Shown here: positions 1 to 9,284 of the stretch, in pieces
Position numbering within the stretch: the stretch's first letter is position 1
Layout: every line of letters begins with the position of its first letter
Virus record (IMG/VR): IMGVR_UViG_3300045391_002372
Source of the DNA: a virus
DNA: 39,285 nucleotides
Direction: 5' to 3' (one strand)
Notes under the pieces: generated by a model
Database searches by the model: none
Told to the model about the DNA's origin: nothing
What the model saw: only the letters and a program-made list of their open reading frames with translations
Made by a program: the position numbers and the translations under genes

Positions 1-70
1 AGCACCCCGGATTCAAGCCAGGCTTGAGAGAACAAATGCTTTGCTTGCTAATGAGCAATATGTGGCGGCG
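1..70. repeat. Terminal overlap: exact copy of 39216-39285 (circular contig closure; unique genome length 39215 bp)
   Basis: The same 70-nt string agcaccccggattcaagcc...caatatgtggcggcg is read at both window ends. Confidence 0.95.
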
Positions 71-268
71 GCATGGCTACGTAACTTAATTAAAAGCCAC
101 ACCAACACAGCGTTAAAAAAGGGCATGTGGCAGATAGAAAAGCCACAGGGCGAAGATTGGACCCACTACTCTGATGCAGTCGGTTACATGCTGTTTCAAG
201 AAACACGCGAAGAAGATTTAGGACGTTACAGTCCACCAAGAACTTACGGAACAAATTTAGGGGGATAA
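1..268 (+). CDS. terL: Terminase large subunit, C-terminal part (first full codon at 2; stop 266-268)
   Basis: The frame is continuous with 38107..39285 across the 70-nt overlap. The combined ORF is 1377 nt, about 458 aa. Confidence 0.85.
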   Translation, partial: APRIQARLERTNALLANEQYVAAAWLRNLIKSHTNTALKKGMWQIEKPQGEDWTHYSDAVGYMLFQETREEDLGRYSPPRTYGTNLGG

Positions 269-607
269 ATGACTAGGTATATACCTGATACAGATATCGT
301 TCACTCGTCAGTCGGTACGGCAATTAATAACAACACACCGATTAGCTTAATCGCTGCAGCAAGCGGGTATACGTTTTACTGCACGCAGATAACAGCCGGA
401 AACCTATCATCTTCAGTAGATACAATTCTTAGGATTCTCTCAGGTCCAGCAGAACGCCACTCTATTCCGCTCCCACGTGGTAGTGCGGTTGTAGAAAACT
501 ATGGCGATGAGGGCTTTCCGTTAGATGCTAGTCAGGCAGTGAATATTAAATCAGAAAGTGCTGCCGATTCTCGCTTCACGTTTCATGGTTATAAGAAGCG
601 GAATTAA
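269..607 (+). CDS. Hypothetical protein (112 aa) between terL and portal
   Basis: ORF track; the ATG directly abuts the terL stop (taaatg). Confidence 0.55.
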   Translation: MTRYIPDTDIVHSSVGTAINNNTPISLIAAASGYTFYCTQITAGNLSSSVDTILRILSGPAERHSIPLPRGSAVVENYGDEGFPLDASQAVNIKSESAADSRFTFHGYKKRN

Positions 608-611
608 TTAG

Positions 612-2186
612 GTGACCGAATTATTCGATCATCCGCAGTACATAGAACGCGCGCCATTTTACAGAAACTTCCGCGACCTTTACGAAGGTATCCATGCTGT
701 TTTAAGGCAGCCTGAGTATCTTTGGCCGCATGAGTTAGAGACTGGCGATACCGATGCTGCAATAAGGCTACGCGGTATTCGTGAGATGAGAACGCGCTAT
801 GATAACGAAGTTGAACCCGTCATCTCGCGCTATACTTCGATTTTCTTTAAAGACGATCCAGTAATTGGAGAAGAGACATTAAAGCTCTTTGGCGATGATT
901 TTAGAAACGTAAACGGAAGCGGTAAAACTTTCATTACCTTCTTAAAAGAAGACGTTTTATTAAATCTCCTGCTTTACGGTCGCCCAATAGTTATCACCGA
1001 TTCTTATGACTTAGGGCTTAGGAATCTAGCAGACCAGAAACAGCAAAACGCCAGGCCATACTTTGAATGTTTAAGCCCACTAGATGTTAAAGATTGGGAT
1101 TTAGATAAGGATGGCCGCTTTAATTTCTTGCGGTGTGAGTACACCATGGTTGAGCCGCGTACTGATGCGCGCTCAGCACCTAAGCTATCACTATTCTGTA
1201 AAGAGTTCGTAAAGACAGGCGCCAATTCTTATGACGCCATAATTTACAAGGGCAAAAAAAGAGATCCGCAGCGCACGGAGCAAGTAAGAGCAGATGAGGA
1301 AAAGCGCAAAGCGATGCAAGAACAGCAGAGTTTTTTAAGCGCTTGTGATTGGCAGCAAATTAACTCAGTTACAATTGAAGCGCCTTATCTTCCGATTCGC
1401 TCCATGGAGGGCCACGAATCATGGATAAAAGATACAGCGCAATTAGCCCTTAAACTTTACAACAAACAAAGCGCTCGCGATTCAATTCACTACTACCAGG
1501 GACACCAAAGAGTATTCATCAAAGGGGTACAGTCAGATGAGCAAAGAAAAGCGCTCGCAGAGTATACGATCGGATTCTTACCGGCAGATGGGGACGCTTT
1601 TACCCTTGAACCAGCTAGTACCGATTCTTTGGACGCAGATATCAGACAGATTAAAGAAGATATTCGTCGCGCTGCGTTTAACCAATCGCGGGGAGTTTCG
1701 ACGGATTCCAAGCAAGTCGAAGGTCAAGGTACGCAGCAAGAAGCTAAAGAGGGCCTTGTCTCGCTTATCAAATCGGAATTGGAAGCACTAGAGAACTTAG
1801 CGAAAGATATCGTTAGGGACTATGCATATTTTAAAACAGGCAACAAAGATTTTGAGCCTGAGATAGTTTTCAATAAAGATATCCAGACAGAAGACATTGA
1901 TAAACAGATTTCAATCTATACAGCACTACGCGGTGATATTACGCGCTGTCCTACTTGGTATCAGGAAACCTTAAAGAAGTTTGCAAACTACCAAGACCTA
2001 GAGGAGTCAGAAGAGATCGCAAAAGAAATTGAGGCATTGAAACCGATGCAACCGCAAGATATCGGCGCACGGCCTAACCCAATTGAGGCAGCATTAAATG
2101 GACGAGGAAGCCAAGTACAGAAAACACCTTCAGGTAACGGATACGCAGGTGGCGCTGTTTCGGGAGCGGCTACAAAAAACACTTAA
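612..2186 (+). CDS. Portal protein (524 aa)
   Basis: Size and position immediately after terL and before a MuF-like gene; GTG start. No motif-level proof. Confidence 0.65.
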   Translation: MTELFDHPQYIERAPFYRNFRDLYEGIHAVLRQPEYLWPHELETGDTDAAIRLRGIREMRTRYDNEVEPVISRYTSIFFKDDPVIGEETLKLFGDDFRNVNGSGKTFITFLKEDVLLNLLLYGRPIVITDSYDLGLRNLADQKQQNARPYFECLSPLDVKDWDLDKDGRFNFLRCEYTMVEPRTDARSAPKLSLFCKEFVKTGANSYDAIIYKGKKRDPQRTEQVRADEEKRKAMQEQQSFLSACDWQQINSVTIEAPYLPIRSMEGHESWIKDTAQLALKLYNKQSARDSIHYYQGHQRVFIKGVQSDEQRKALAEYTIGFLPADGDAFTLEPASTDSLDADIRQIKEDIRRAAFNQSRGVSTDSKQVEGQGTQQEAKEGLVSLIKSELEALENLAKDIVRDYAYFKTGNKDFEPEIVFNKDIQTEDIDKQISIYTALRGDITRCPTWYQETLKKFANYQDLEESEEIAKEIEALKPMQPQDIGARPNPIEAALNGRGSQVQKTPSGNGYAGGAVSGAATKNT

Positions 2187-2874
2187 GAAAACTATTGGCG
2201 AAATTGTTGATCAATTAAAAGCTGATGATTTAACGGCGTTAGAATCTGCGGCACTACTAGGTAGCTTAGATAATGCGTTAAACGAAGCTGGAATCGGTGG
2301 AGTTTTAGACGAGATTAAAACGATTTACGCAGAGCAGATTGATTACATTTCCAAGCGGTTTGCTGGACGCGGCGATATAGAGACATTTTCGGATGTCGAT
2401 AAGGACGTAATCCGCGCCTTAGTTACGTTCGATGAAAACTCTATAGCGCAGTCAGTTAACCAAGGTGTGGGCGATATAACGTCTACTTTGATGCGCTCAG
2501 TTATTACGGGCCAAGATATAGACTCTTCGATATACGACGGCGCATTAGAGAGTTTAGGCCGAAACATTGAAACAGATCTTAATACTTCAGCGCTTACGTT
2601 TGCGCGAACGGTAACAGTATCTAAAGCGATTGATTCGGGCTTAGAGCTTTTTATCTATATCGGGCCAGACGACAAAGTAACTAGGCCTTTTTGTCATGAG
2701 CTATTAGCAAAAGATCCACCGGTCTATACGCTCGATGAGATTAAAGGAATGGACAATGAGCAAGACACCGACGTTCTTACAACTTGTGGCGGGTGGAATT
2801 GCAGACATGAATGGGCCCCAATCGACCCAGAACGAGCCAAAGAATTGGGATATGACGCAGGCACCGAAGATTGA
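2098..2874 (+). CDS. Head morphogenesis protein, MuF / SPP1 gp7-like (258 aa)
   Basis: C-terminal ...RPFCHELL...TTCGGWNCRHEW resembles the conserved Cys/His motif of MuF-family minor head proteins. Position after the portal. The ATG is preceded by an in-frame TAA. Confidence 0.65.
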   Translation: MDEEAKYRKHLQVTDTQVALFRERLQKTLKKTIGEIVDQLKADDLTALESAALLGSLDNALNEAGIGGVLDEIKTIYAEQIDYISKRFAGRGDIETFSDVDKDVIRALVTFDENSIAQSVNQGVGDITSTLMRSVITGQDIDSSIYDGALESLGRNIETDLNTSALTFARTVTVSKAIDSGLELFIYIGPDDKVTRPFCHELLAKDPPVYTLDEIKGMDNEQDTDVLTTCGGWNCRHEWAPIDPERAKELGYDAGTED

Positions 2875-3058
2875 GATAGACCTCGGAGATGCAGCGAAAG
2901 CAACTTTTAGTTTTGATTTTAACCCGACACATTTAACTGAGAAATCAGCGCGTGCGTTACTAAAACTAGTAACCGCCATGCTTTTATTTGGGGAAGAGGC
3001 AGTAGAAAATGGGGATAAGTTTCAAGAGCAACTTCGACCCAAAAAAGATCCTAGCTGA
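2852..3058 (+). CDS. Hypothetical small protein (ORF 2735..3058; internal ATG 2852 preferred to limit overlap with the MuF-like gene)
   Basis: ORF track; start choice is inferential. Confidence 0.35.
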   Translation: MTQAPKIEIDLGDAAKATFSFDFNPTHLTEKSARALLKLVTAMLLFGEEAVENGDKFQEQLRPKKDPS

Positions 3059-3512
3059 TAAATTGGCCAGGGCAAGGGACGCGCTAGATGTGGCACTTCA
3101 GTATGAAGCCACTGAAATTAAGCGCAATATGAGCGCGGGTAAATCTTATGATGGCTCGGCGTTTGCTAAATATAGCAAGGGCTATGAGGACTACAAAAAA
3201 GCGATCGGTCGGAATACTCAAGTCGATCTTACTTTAACCGGCAAGCTACGCGATTCGATTCAACCAAAAGCGGCAAAGATTAATACTAACAATGTAGAGG
3301 GGGGAATCTTTATTGCAAACCTTCCCGGCACTACGCCGCCGAAACGGCCAAGTAAAAGAAAGCGCAGGGCCACAGTGGCGCAGAGGCCAGCAAATACAAT
3401 TGAAAAGGCCCATTTCATACAAGAGGGCAGAGTACCAAGAAAGTTCTTCGGATTATCGAATGATGCAATTAAACGGATAATTAAACGAGTACAAGAGGCA
3501 TTTAATAAATGA
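3009..3512 (+). CDS. Virion morphogenesis protein, Mu gpG-like (167 aa)
   Basis: C-terminal RKFFGLSNDAIKRI resembles the RPFLGLS motif I recall from Mu gpG-type proteins. Position after the MuF-like gene. GAGG lies 8 nt upstream of the ATG. Confidence 0.4.
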   Translation: MGISFKSNFDPKKILADKLARARDALDVALQYEATEIKRNMSAGKSYDGSAFAKYSKGYEDYKKAIGRNTQVDLTLTGKLRDSIQPKAAKINTNNVEGGIFIANLPGTTPPKRPSKRKRRATVAQRPANTIEKAHFIQEGRVPRKFFGLSNDAIKRIIKRVQEAFNK

Positions 3513-4231
3513 CTGAAGAGACAAAACCTGAAGTTAAAACCGTTCCCATTACTGACTTTGAAAAGGAACAGGAAAAGCGCAGGCGCTACGAAGCTGAAAA
3601 CGAAGATCTAAGACGGCAGGTAAAAGAGTTTGGCATGTCACCAAAAGAGGTGCAGGCGCTTCGCTCGCAATATGACGAGATGAAGAAAAACGATGCCGTG
3701 GGAGACCCTAAGAAATTCGAAGAAGAATTAAACCGCCGTATCGCAGATGTTCGGCAATCAGTTCAAAAAGATTTAGACAACAAACAAGAATGGCTATCAA
3801 AGGCGCAAGCGAGAATCAAAGAGCTTGAAGTTACTGACCGCGTTTTCTCGTTAGCCGCAAATAAGTTTAATGACGATACCCATGATGACGTTAAAAGCCT
3901 GATTCGTAAGTTCGGAGACCTCTCCGAAGATGGCTCGATTATATTCAAAGATGAAACAGGTAAGCCACGTTACGCGCCGGGGTCAACGACACAATTAATG
4001 AAACCTGAACAGTTTGTTGAATGGGTAAAGGAAATCAAACCTTCATGGGCTAAGCCTACAGCAATTTCCGGCAGCAAGCAGGAAGGCTCTAAGGTTAACG
4101 GCTCGGCAATGAACGGCAAAACTTACACCGCAGAAATGTTTGCAACAATGAGTCAGAGCGAGATTAATCAGATCGTTAGCTCAGACCCAGTTGCGGCGCG
4201 TGCTTATTTATCAACAGTAAAACTTTCTTAA
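3509..4231 (+). CDS. Scaffolding protein candidate (240 aa, highly charged, coiled-coil-like)
   Basis: K/E/R-rich helical sequence just upstream of the capsid gene; ATGA overlap with the previous ORF. Confidence 0.55.
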   Translation: MTEETKPEVKTVPITDFEKEQEKRRRYEAENEDLRRQVKEFGMSPKEVQALRSQYDEMKKNDAVGDPKKFEEELNRRIADVRQSVQKDLDNKQEWLSKAQARIKELEVTDRVFSLAANKFNDDTHDDVKSLIRKFGDLSEDGSIIFKDETGKPRYAPGSTTQLMKPEQFVEWVKEIKPSWAKPTAISGSKQEGSKVNGSAMNGKTYTAEMFATMSQSEINQIVSSDPVAARAYLSTVKLS

Positions 4232-4248
4232 TTTAGGAGATTTTTCAA

Positions 4249-4509
4249 ATGACACAAGAACGAGGATATTTCGAATTTAAGGCAGCATCCGGAGTAGGGG
4301 CGCACGTAATTGCGTTCGACGGTTGCTCCGTTACTAACTTCCACACGCTTTCATGCCGTGGAACTATTAACGATACCTATATGGGCCTTTCGATCAACAG
4401 CGGCGCAACCTTGCCGCCTAGCTATCAATGGAACCCGAACACAAGCTCGGCGTCTCAGACAGCGCAGGTCGTAGCCTATATTCTTATGGTGTTAGGTAAA
4501 CCCCGCTAA
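4249..4509 (+). CDS. Small virion-module protein (86 aa), possible decoration or accessory head protein
   Basis: Strong tttaggag SD at 4232-4239, and its own terminator downstream. Confidence 0.6.
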   Translation: MTQERGYFEFKAASGVGAHVIAFDGCSVTNFHTLSCRGTINDTYMGLSINSGATLPPSYQWNPNTSSASQTAQVVAYILMVLGKPR

Positions 4510-4533
4510 CTTTTACACACATAGCTTTTATCA

Positions 4534-4556
4534 AGCCGCATTACGCGGCTTTTTTA
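4534..4556 (+). terminator. Rho-independent terminator
   Basis: Stem GCCGC (4535-4539) / GCGGC (4545-4549), loop attac, then a T-run. Confidence 0.75.
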
Positions 4557-4582
4557 TTTTTTAATTTAGGAGTTTTAATTTT

Positions 4583-5452
4583 ATGGCAGTTTCAAATATT
4601 ACCGAGGTATCCAATGCGGTTACCATCGGAAACGCGCTTAGCGCGATTGCTTCTCCTGCGCTGGTTAAGTCAACTTGCATGATGAACCTCATGTACACCG
4701 AAAACTTGCCGGTCGGGACCAATGTCAAGAAGTTCATTAAGAAAGGCAGCTTGACAGCCGCTACCTTGGCAGAGTCAACAGCCGCTGCAATTGACGCAAA
4801 CGGAGAGCTGACCGATTCGTCTATCACGGCAACAGCCGCAAAGGTGTTCGTAATGTCAGGGCTTAGCTTGGAAGCTGAGACTTTCACCGGCCTTTCTGTT
4901 GCAAGACTTGGCGAGGAAGCGGGAGCCGCAATTGGGCGCGCCGTTGACGTTGATGCCTTGGGAATGTTCGACGGATTTTCAACCGTTGTGACCGCAAGTA
5001 CAGTGCTCACAATTGACGACGTAATGCTTGGACAGTTTAATATTCTGAATAGCAACTGCCCTAACCCTGAAGTTCAGCTTCAGTGTGTTGTGCATCCGAA
5101 GGCCTACTACAATATCAAAAAGGAGATGATTCAATCCGGTGCTTCCGCATGGGCTAATCAAACCTTCCTTGACGTTTTAGGCCGCAACCCTCAGCAGAAT
5201 TGCTATGCAGGCTCAATCCCTGGCTTAGCTGACTTCTATGTCACGACCGGTCAGGCAACAACTGGCGGCGATACCATCGATGGAATTTTCCATCCAATGT
5301 GGGCGCTTGCTGGAATCTTTGCTTCTGCGCCAGTTGTTTGGGTGCAAAGACAAGGGGCGGGCGGATTCTTCACTGAAGTCGCTAGCGCTTACTTGTACGA
5401 CATTATCGAATGGAATGATCTTGCCGGTGTTGAACTAGATAGCGATACGTAA
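4583..5452 (+). CDS. Major capsid protein (289 aa, HK97-fold-like)
   Basis: Strong SD tttaggag 4565-4572, followed by a strong terminator. Ala/Gly/Thr-rich composition, with size and position after the scaffold. Confidence 0.75.
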   Translation: MAVSNITEVSNAVTIGNALSAIASPALVKSTCMMNLMYTENLPVGTNVKKFIKKGSLTAATLAESTAAAIDANGELTDSSITATAAKVFVMSGLSLEAETFTGLSVARLGEEAGAAIGRAVDVDALGMFDGFSTVVTASTVLTIDDVMLGQFNILNSNCPNPEVQLQCVVHPKAYYNIKKEMIQSGASAWANQTFLDVLGRNPQQNCYAGSIPGLADFYVTTGQATTGGDTIDGIFHPMWALAGIFASAPVVWVQRQGAGGFFTEVASAYLYDIIEWNDLAGVELDSDT

Positions 5453-5491
5453 TTTGGTTTTATCTGTTTTTCGTTTCATAAACCTTCCTGG

Positions 5492-5528
5492 GGGGAGTGC
5501 AGAGGTTTTGCACTCCCCTTTTTATTTT
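5492..5528 (+). terminator. Rho-independent terminator
   Basis: 9-bp stem ggggagtgc (5492-5500) / gcactcccc (5510-5518) followed by tttttattttt. Confidence 0.85.
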
Positions 5529-5539
5529 TGAGAGACTAA

Positions 5540-6085
5540 ATGGACCCAACGAGAGCTGAGCAATTAGCGTTAGCGCGAGAAGAGCAGCGTCTAAAAAAAG
5601 AGCCGTTTAAAACCCTTATTACAGATGGACTAAGGGAAGACACGGTAAACGCATTGCGCGGCTGGGTTCCTCCACCGGGCGCTTATATTTTACTTGAGAG
5701 GCGCAAGAACTTTCTTCAACCTGATTTAAGCGTCAGGGTTGGCTATGGGCTTCAGACAATAAACGTGGAAGAGAGGCCGGAGCAGTTTGAAAGACTGCGA
5801 AGGCAGGTAAGAAAAGGTGCTCGCGTAATTCATTATGCAAACTTTCCTACCTTAAACGATCCCAATCCGTCACGAGCCGCCAAGGTACGAGGGCACAGTG
5901 GCCCTATGGGTAGAAGCCCATGGGATGCACTTGAGGCAGAAGTTAAATCACTTCTCGGCACAAATCCAAACTGGAAAGAAGAAAAGGCGAAAATAGAAGC
6001 AGAAAGAAACGCACTAGAGATGAAACTGCAGGCCGCTATAATTAAAAAGGGAAGCCAAAATGACAAAACCGATAATCGTTTATAG
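5540..6085 (+). CDS. Hypothetical protein (181 aa)
   Basis: ORF track, co-oriented in the structural module. Confidence 0.55.
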   Translation: MDPTRAEQLALAREEQRLKKEPFKTLITDGLREDTVNALRGWVPPPGAYILLERRKNFLQPDLSVRVGYGLQTINVEERPEQFERLRRQVRKGARVIHYANFPTLNDPNPSRAAKVRGHSGPMGRSPWDALEAEVKSLLGTNPNWKEEKAKIEAERNALEMKLQAAIIKKGSQNDKTDNRL

Positions 6086-6350
6086 CAAAAAAGAGTTCGA
6101 TCAAGTCGTCAGTCAGGCTAGAGAAGAATCAAAGAAGATAAAAGCAAGACTTCGCGAGACTTACGATTCACACGCCGACGTACAGCGCGCCAACATGAGG
6201 CCAAAAGATGAGATGACAGCTCGCGCGGTTGATCAGATGACAAAGAATATTAAGGATTTTTCAAACGCAACCGGAAAAGATATCTCATGCGAAAAGGCAC
6301 AAGAAAAGGCGCGAGAGATTGCAAGAAAAGCGGGCGTATCTGACGCTTGA
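6060..6350 (+). CDS. Hypothetical charged protein (96 aa)
   Basis: ORF track; aaggga SD before the ATG. Confidence 0.5.
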   Translation: MTKPIIVYSKKEFDQVVSQAREESKKIKARLRETYDSHADVQRANMRPKDEMTARAVDQMTKNIKDFSNATGKDISCEKAQEKAREIARKAGVSDA

Positions 6351-6625
6351 TATCTGAGGCTGACTACTGCGCTAAGGTGTGCGGCGCTAGGTGCTGTTAC
6401 CTAGGTAATACCGCCTGTCCTTCATTAACCAGTGAAAATAAATGCGGGATGTTTAACGTCAGGTTTGCGCCTGGGATGCCAGACCTTGTTTACATTGGAT
6501 ATCACAAGGGAAAGGTTTTTCATTGCTCTCGCATAAAAACCATCATGCACAGGTTACCAAAAGAGATAACCGATCAGTGCTGCATAGCTAAGCCAGAACT
6601 TTTAAAGAAAAATTACAATGTTTAA
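6347..6625 (+). CDS. Cysteine-cluster protein, YkgJ/UPF0153-like (92 aa)
   Basis: N-terminal CAKVCGARCC followed by ENKCGMFNVRFAPG resembles the CxxCGxCC...C.hY..RP pattern of zinc/iron-chelating YkgJ-type domains. TTG start in a TTGA overlap. Confidence 0.4.
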   Translation: MISEADYCAKVCGARCCYLGNTACPSLTSENKCGMFNVRFAPGMPDLVYIGYHKGKVFHCSRIKTIMHRLPKEITDQCCIAKPELLKKNYNV

Positions 6626-7355
6626 CTTTGGAAAAGACATAGTTCGAACCCTCATTGATTACGAGGAAGGCGAACCGTTTAATCTACCGTCACAGGTTCC
6701 AGCTATTTATTTATATAGCTCGCAGCCTTCGATGTCTGACGCTGTAAATGGTACTGGAGCAATTGGCGGGTCTTATACGCTTAACTACTGGACCGAGATA
6801 GCAAACGTTCCCTATAAGCGAAACTACACTTTCCCAGCTATCCCAGACCCAAGCCCTACAAGCGGCACTAATACGCGCGGCTATTGGGAAGTTTTAAGGT
6901 TCGTTAGAAAAACAGGCGGCCAGACTCAAACTATTATCAGACAGTTTGACGTTGAACGCGGCGCTCAAGGGGATTCTTACCCTGAAATTAACACACAAGT
7001 TTTAAAAGATATTTTTCCTGGAATTGTAAGTTACGCAACCGATGCACAGTTAGAAGGGTTTATCGATATTGCTGTAGAGGAGGTGAAACTAGACATCTTA
7101 GCCAAAGGGCATAAGTGGGAGAGGCTTTTTGAACTTGGTAAAATTAAGCTCGCAATTGCCTATCAAACTGTTGCCAATATCGCTTTAAGCCAAGTTAAAG
7201 AAGATGGCGATAGGTTTTTTCTTCGCTACAAAGAATTTCAAACGCGCTACGAGCGCATGATTAACTCGTTAGAGTTACCCGTAGATACAAACGGCGACAA
7301 TATCCCAGACGCTACCGCACAAGTTAAGCCTAGCTATGCATTTATAACTAGATGA
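6618..7355 (+). CDS. Head-tail joining or head completion protein candidate (245 aa)
   Basis: Position between the capsid and tail genes only. Confidence 0.4.
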   Translation: MFNFGKDIVRTLIDYEEGEPFNLPSQVPAIYLYSSQPSMSDAVNGTGAIGGSYTLNYWTEIANVPYKRNYTFPAIPDPSPTSGTNTRGYWEVLRFVRKTGGQTQTIIRQFDVERGAQGDSYPEINTQVLKDIFPGIVSYATDAQLEGFIDIAVEEVKLDILAKGHKWERLFELGKIKLAIAYQTVANIALSQVKEDGDRFFLRYKEFQTRYERMINSLELPVDTNGDNIPDATAQVKPSYAFITR

Positions 7356-7834
7356 CCACTGCAACAGTATCTGCAGCTTGGGACTCTGCCATATTCCAGC
7401 ATGAAGATATTTTAGCGATCACGGAAGCAATTTTCCCATACGAAGTAACGATTACCTCAGAAGCTGAAATAGCTGCAGTTAGTTTTGAGCAAAAGATAAA
7501 CTTTGTTGAGTACACAGTATCGCGTGCCATTGGAGCGCAAGAGCTAGGCGCACCTGGAAGTGCTCAATGCACCTTTGACGTTGATATCCGCTACACGCTT
7601 CAAAAGCTATTAGAGGGCGAAGCTATAGACGGCTCAGCCTATGATCAAGTAGGCGATTTTTTCGATACTTTAATATCGCTTGTCTACTCAGAACTTGGCG
7701 TTACATGGTCCGGGACGGTTGATTTTTACAATCACCAAGAAGGACCGCCACAAATTTCAGATGACACCATAGCCGGTGTCTCTTGCTGGCGCGGCGTTTA
7801 CAAGCTGACCGGCACACAGTTCACGACACTTTAA
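7352..7834 (+). CDS. Head-tail joining or tail completion protein candidate (160 aa)
   Basis: ATGA overlap with the previous ORF; position only. Confidence 0.4.
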   Translation: MTTATVSAAWDSAIFQHEDILAITEAIFPYEVTITSEAEIAAVSFEQKINFVEYTVSRAIGAQELGAPGSAQCTFDVDIRYTLQKLLEGEAIDGSAYDQVGDFFDTLISLVYSELGVTWSGTVDFYNHQEGPPQISDDTIAGVSCWRGVYKLTGTQFTTL

Positions 7835-7859
7835 ATTTTAAAATTTAGGAGTTTTTTGT

Positions 7860-8924
7860 ATGGCCATTAAAACCGGTGCGTCAACTCGTATTGGCGCAAA
7901 ACTTGGGGGTACCTTCGGAACCGAGGTAGCAGCGGGAGCGGGTAATAAGCTCGAAGTTAGGGCGCTAACTTGGGGCGAAAACGCCGCAGCGCTTAGGGAT
8001 AACCCAATTGGCGCTGGCATCGACATGGATAATGACTCCATTCGAGGCGCCACAGAACCGTCGGTTAAAATTGAAAAGGTTGCTCGCTTTAATGACGCAG
8101 GGAAAAACTTAGTCGGCCTATTTTTCGGCGCTGATTCAGTATCTGCTGGAACTTCTGCTTATACGCATTCAGTTCTTTATGAGGCAACAAGAAACCAAAA
8201 GTTTGCCACGATGGCATGGGATGCTGCAGCCGGTTCAACCATAGCACTTGCTTCCTGCACCCCAACTAAGGTTGGCTATAAGTTTGAAAAGTTTCCGAAT
8301 TATTTGCAGGAAACGATTGAGCTTTTAGGTAATGCGGTTAACTATGCTTCAAGTACTAACACAAGCTCAACCCTTGGAAACGTAACTGTAGCAAGCACGA
8401 TTCGGACGATCCCTACACCCTCTGATTCTTTTAGAATTAATCTTTTAAGCGCTGCGGCTCTGGCCTCACCGACTGACGTCTTAAACGTGACCTCAGTTGA
8501 AATTAGCTATGAGTACCCGGTTACCTTCCCCGATGAAATGAAGGGAAGCGCAGGTAACGGGCAGCCTATTGCCGACGGTGACGCGCCGCTTCAATGCACG
8601 GTTACTATTACGACCCGCGGAATGGATGACCCGCAGTTCCGAATATTTATAAATAGCCAGACATCGACTTTTTACAAGGCCGATTTAACCGTCACGAGCA
8701 GCACGAACATTGGTGCAACGTCAATTCCTTATAAACACGTGTTTAACTTCCCATGTTTGGTGCAAGTAGAGGATCCTAAATACGATCTCTCTTCAACTAA
8801 GCAAAACCCAGTGACGATTAAGTTTAAAGCGCTCGCACCTGCTTCAGCATCCACAGGTATGACGCTATCAACTTATCCGCACATGTTAATTACGAATGAC
8901 TTAAGTACCAGTTTTATTGCCTAG
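7860..8924 (+). CDS. Major tail (tube) protein candidate (354 aa)
   Basis: Strong SD tttaggag 7844-7851. It lies immediately upstream of the G/GT chaperone pair and the tape measure. Confidence 0.6.
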   Translation: MAIKTGASTRIGAKLGGTFGTEVAAGAGNKLEVRALTWGENAAALRDNPIGAGIDMDNDSIRGATEPSVKIEKVARFNDAGKNLVGLFFGADSVSAGTSAYTHSVLYEATRNQKFATMAWDAAAGSTIALASCTPTKVGYKFEKFPNYLQETIELLGNAVNYASSTNTSSTLGNVTVASTIRTIPTPSDSFRINLLSAAALASPTDVLNVTSVEISYEYPVTFPDEMKGSAGNGQPIADGDAPLQCTVTITTRGMDDPQFRIFINSQTSTFYKADLTVTSSTNIGATSIPYKHVFNFPCLVQVEDPKYDLSSTKQNPVTIKFKALAPASASTGMTLSTYPHMLITNDLSTSFIA

Positions 8925-8939
8925 TTAATTACGAGGGAC

Positions 8940-9284
8940 ATGAAAGTTAAGAGTACCTTTAAAGTTGAGATTCAAGATAACGACGGCTCAAAGGGTTCAA
9001 TTGAGTTTAGGAAACCTAAGCGCAATGAGACCCTAAAAAAAGCCGTTGCGTTATCAAGTGGTAAAACAAAAAGCGACGAGGATTTTTTAAAAGATACGGT
9101 AATCCCCGCTATTGCTGCCCTTGAAGGATTTCAAAACGAAGACGGCTCTATCATGTCCATCGATGATTTAAAGGCGTGCGAGGACGAAGCCCTAATTGCC
9201 ACAGTAATGTGGGCCTATGTTGAAGGCCGGAATCGCTTGGTTTCTAAGGAAGCCGCAGAAAAAAAATTCAGCGCGATCGTGTAG
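8940..9284 (+). CDS. Tail assembly chaperone G (114 aa)
   Basis: Position upstream of the tape measure; contains the in-phase slippery heptamer A_AAA_AAA at 9260-9266. Confidence 0.7.
   Translation: MKVKSTFKVEIQDNDGSKGSIEFRKPKRNETLKKAVALSSGKTKSDEDFLKDTVIPAIAALEGFQNEDGSIMSIDDLKACEDEALIATVMWAYVEGRNRLVSKEAAEKKFSAIV

Noticed and set aside
1-70. The 70-bp terminal repeat as a biological direct terminal repeat or mobile-element end
   Set aside because: It lies inside the terL coding sequence and keeps the reading frame continuous. An assembly overlap of a circular or permuted genome is the simpler explanation. Read-level data would be needed to claim physical ends.
2041-2186. Frameshift fusion of the portal and MuF-like proteins
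   Set aside because: The MuF frame has stops at 1999-2001, 2038-2040 and 2095-2097, so it is closed upstream of its ATG. There is no slippery site.
4561-5055. 164-aa minus-strand ORF antisense to the major capsid gene
   Set aside because: It has the Ala/Ser/Thr-rich shadow composition of the strongly supported + strand capsid gene, and it has no SD.
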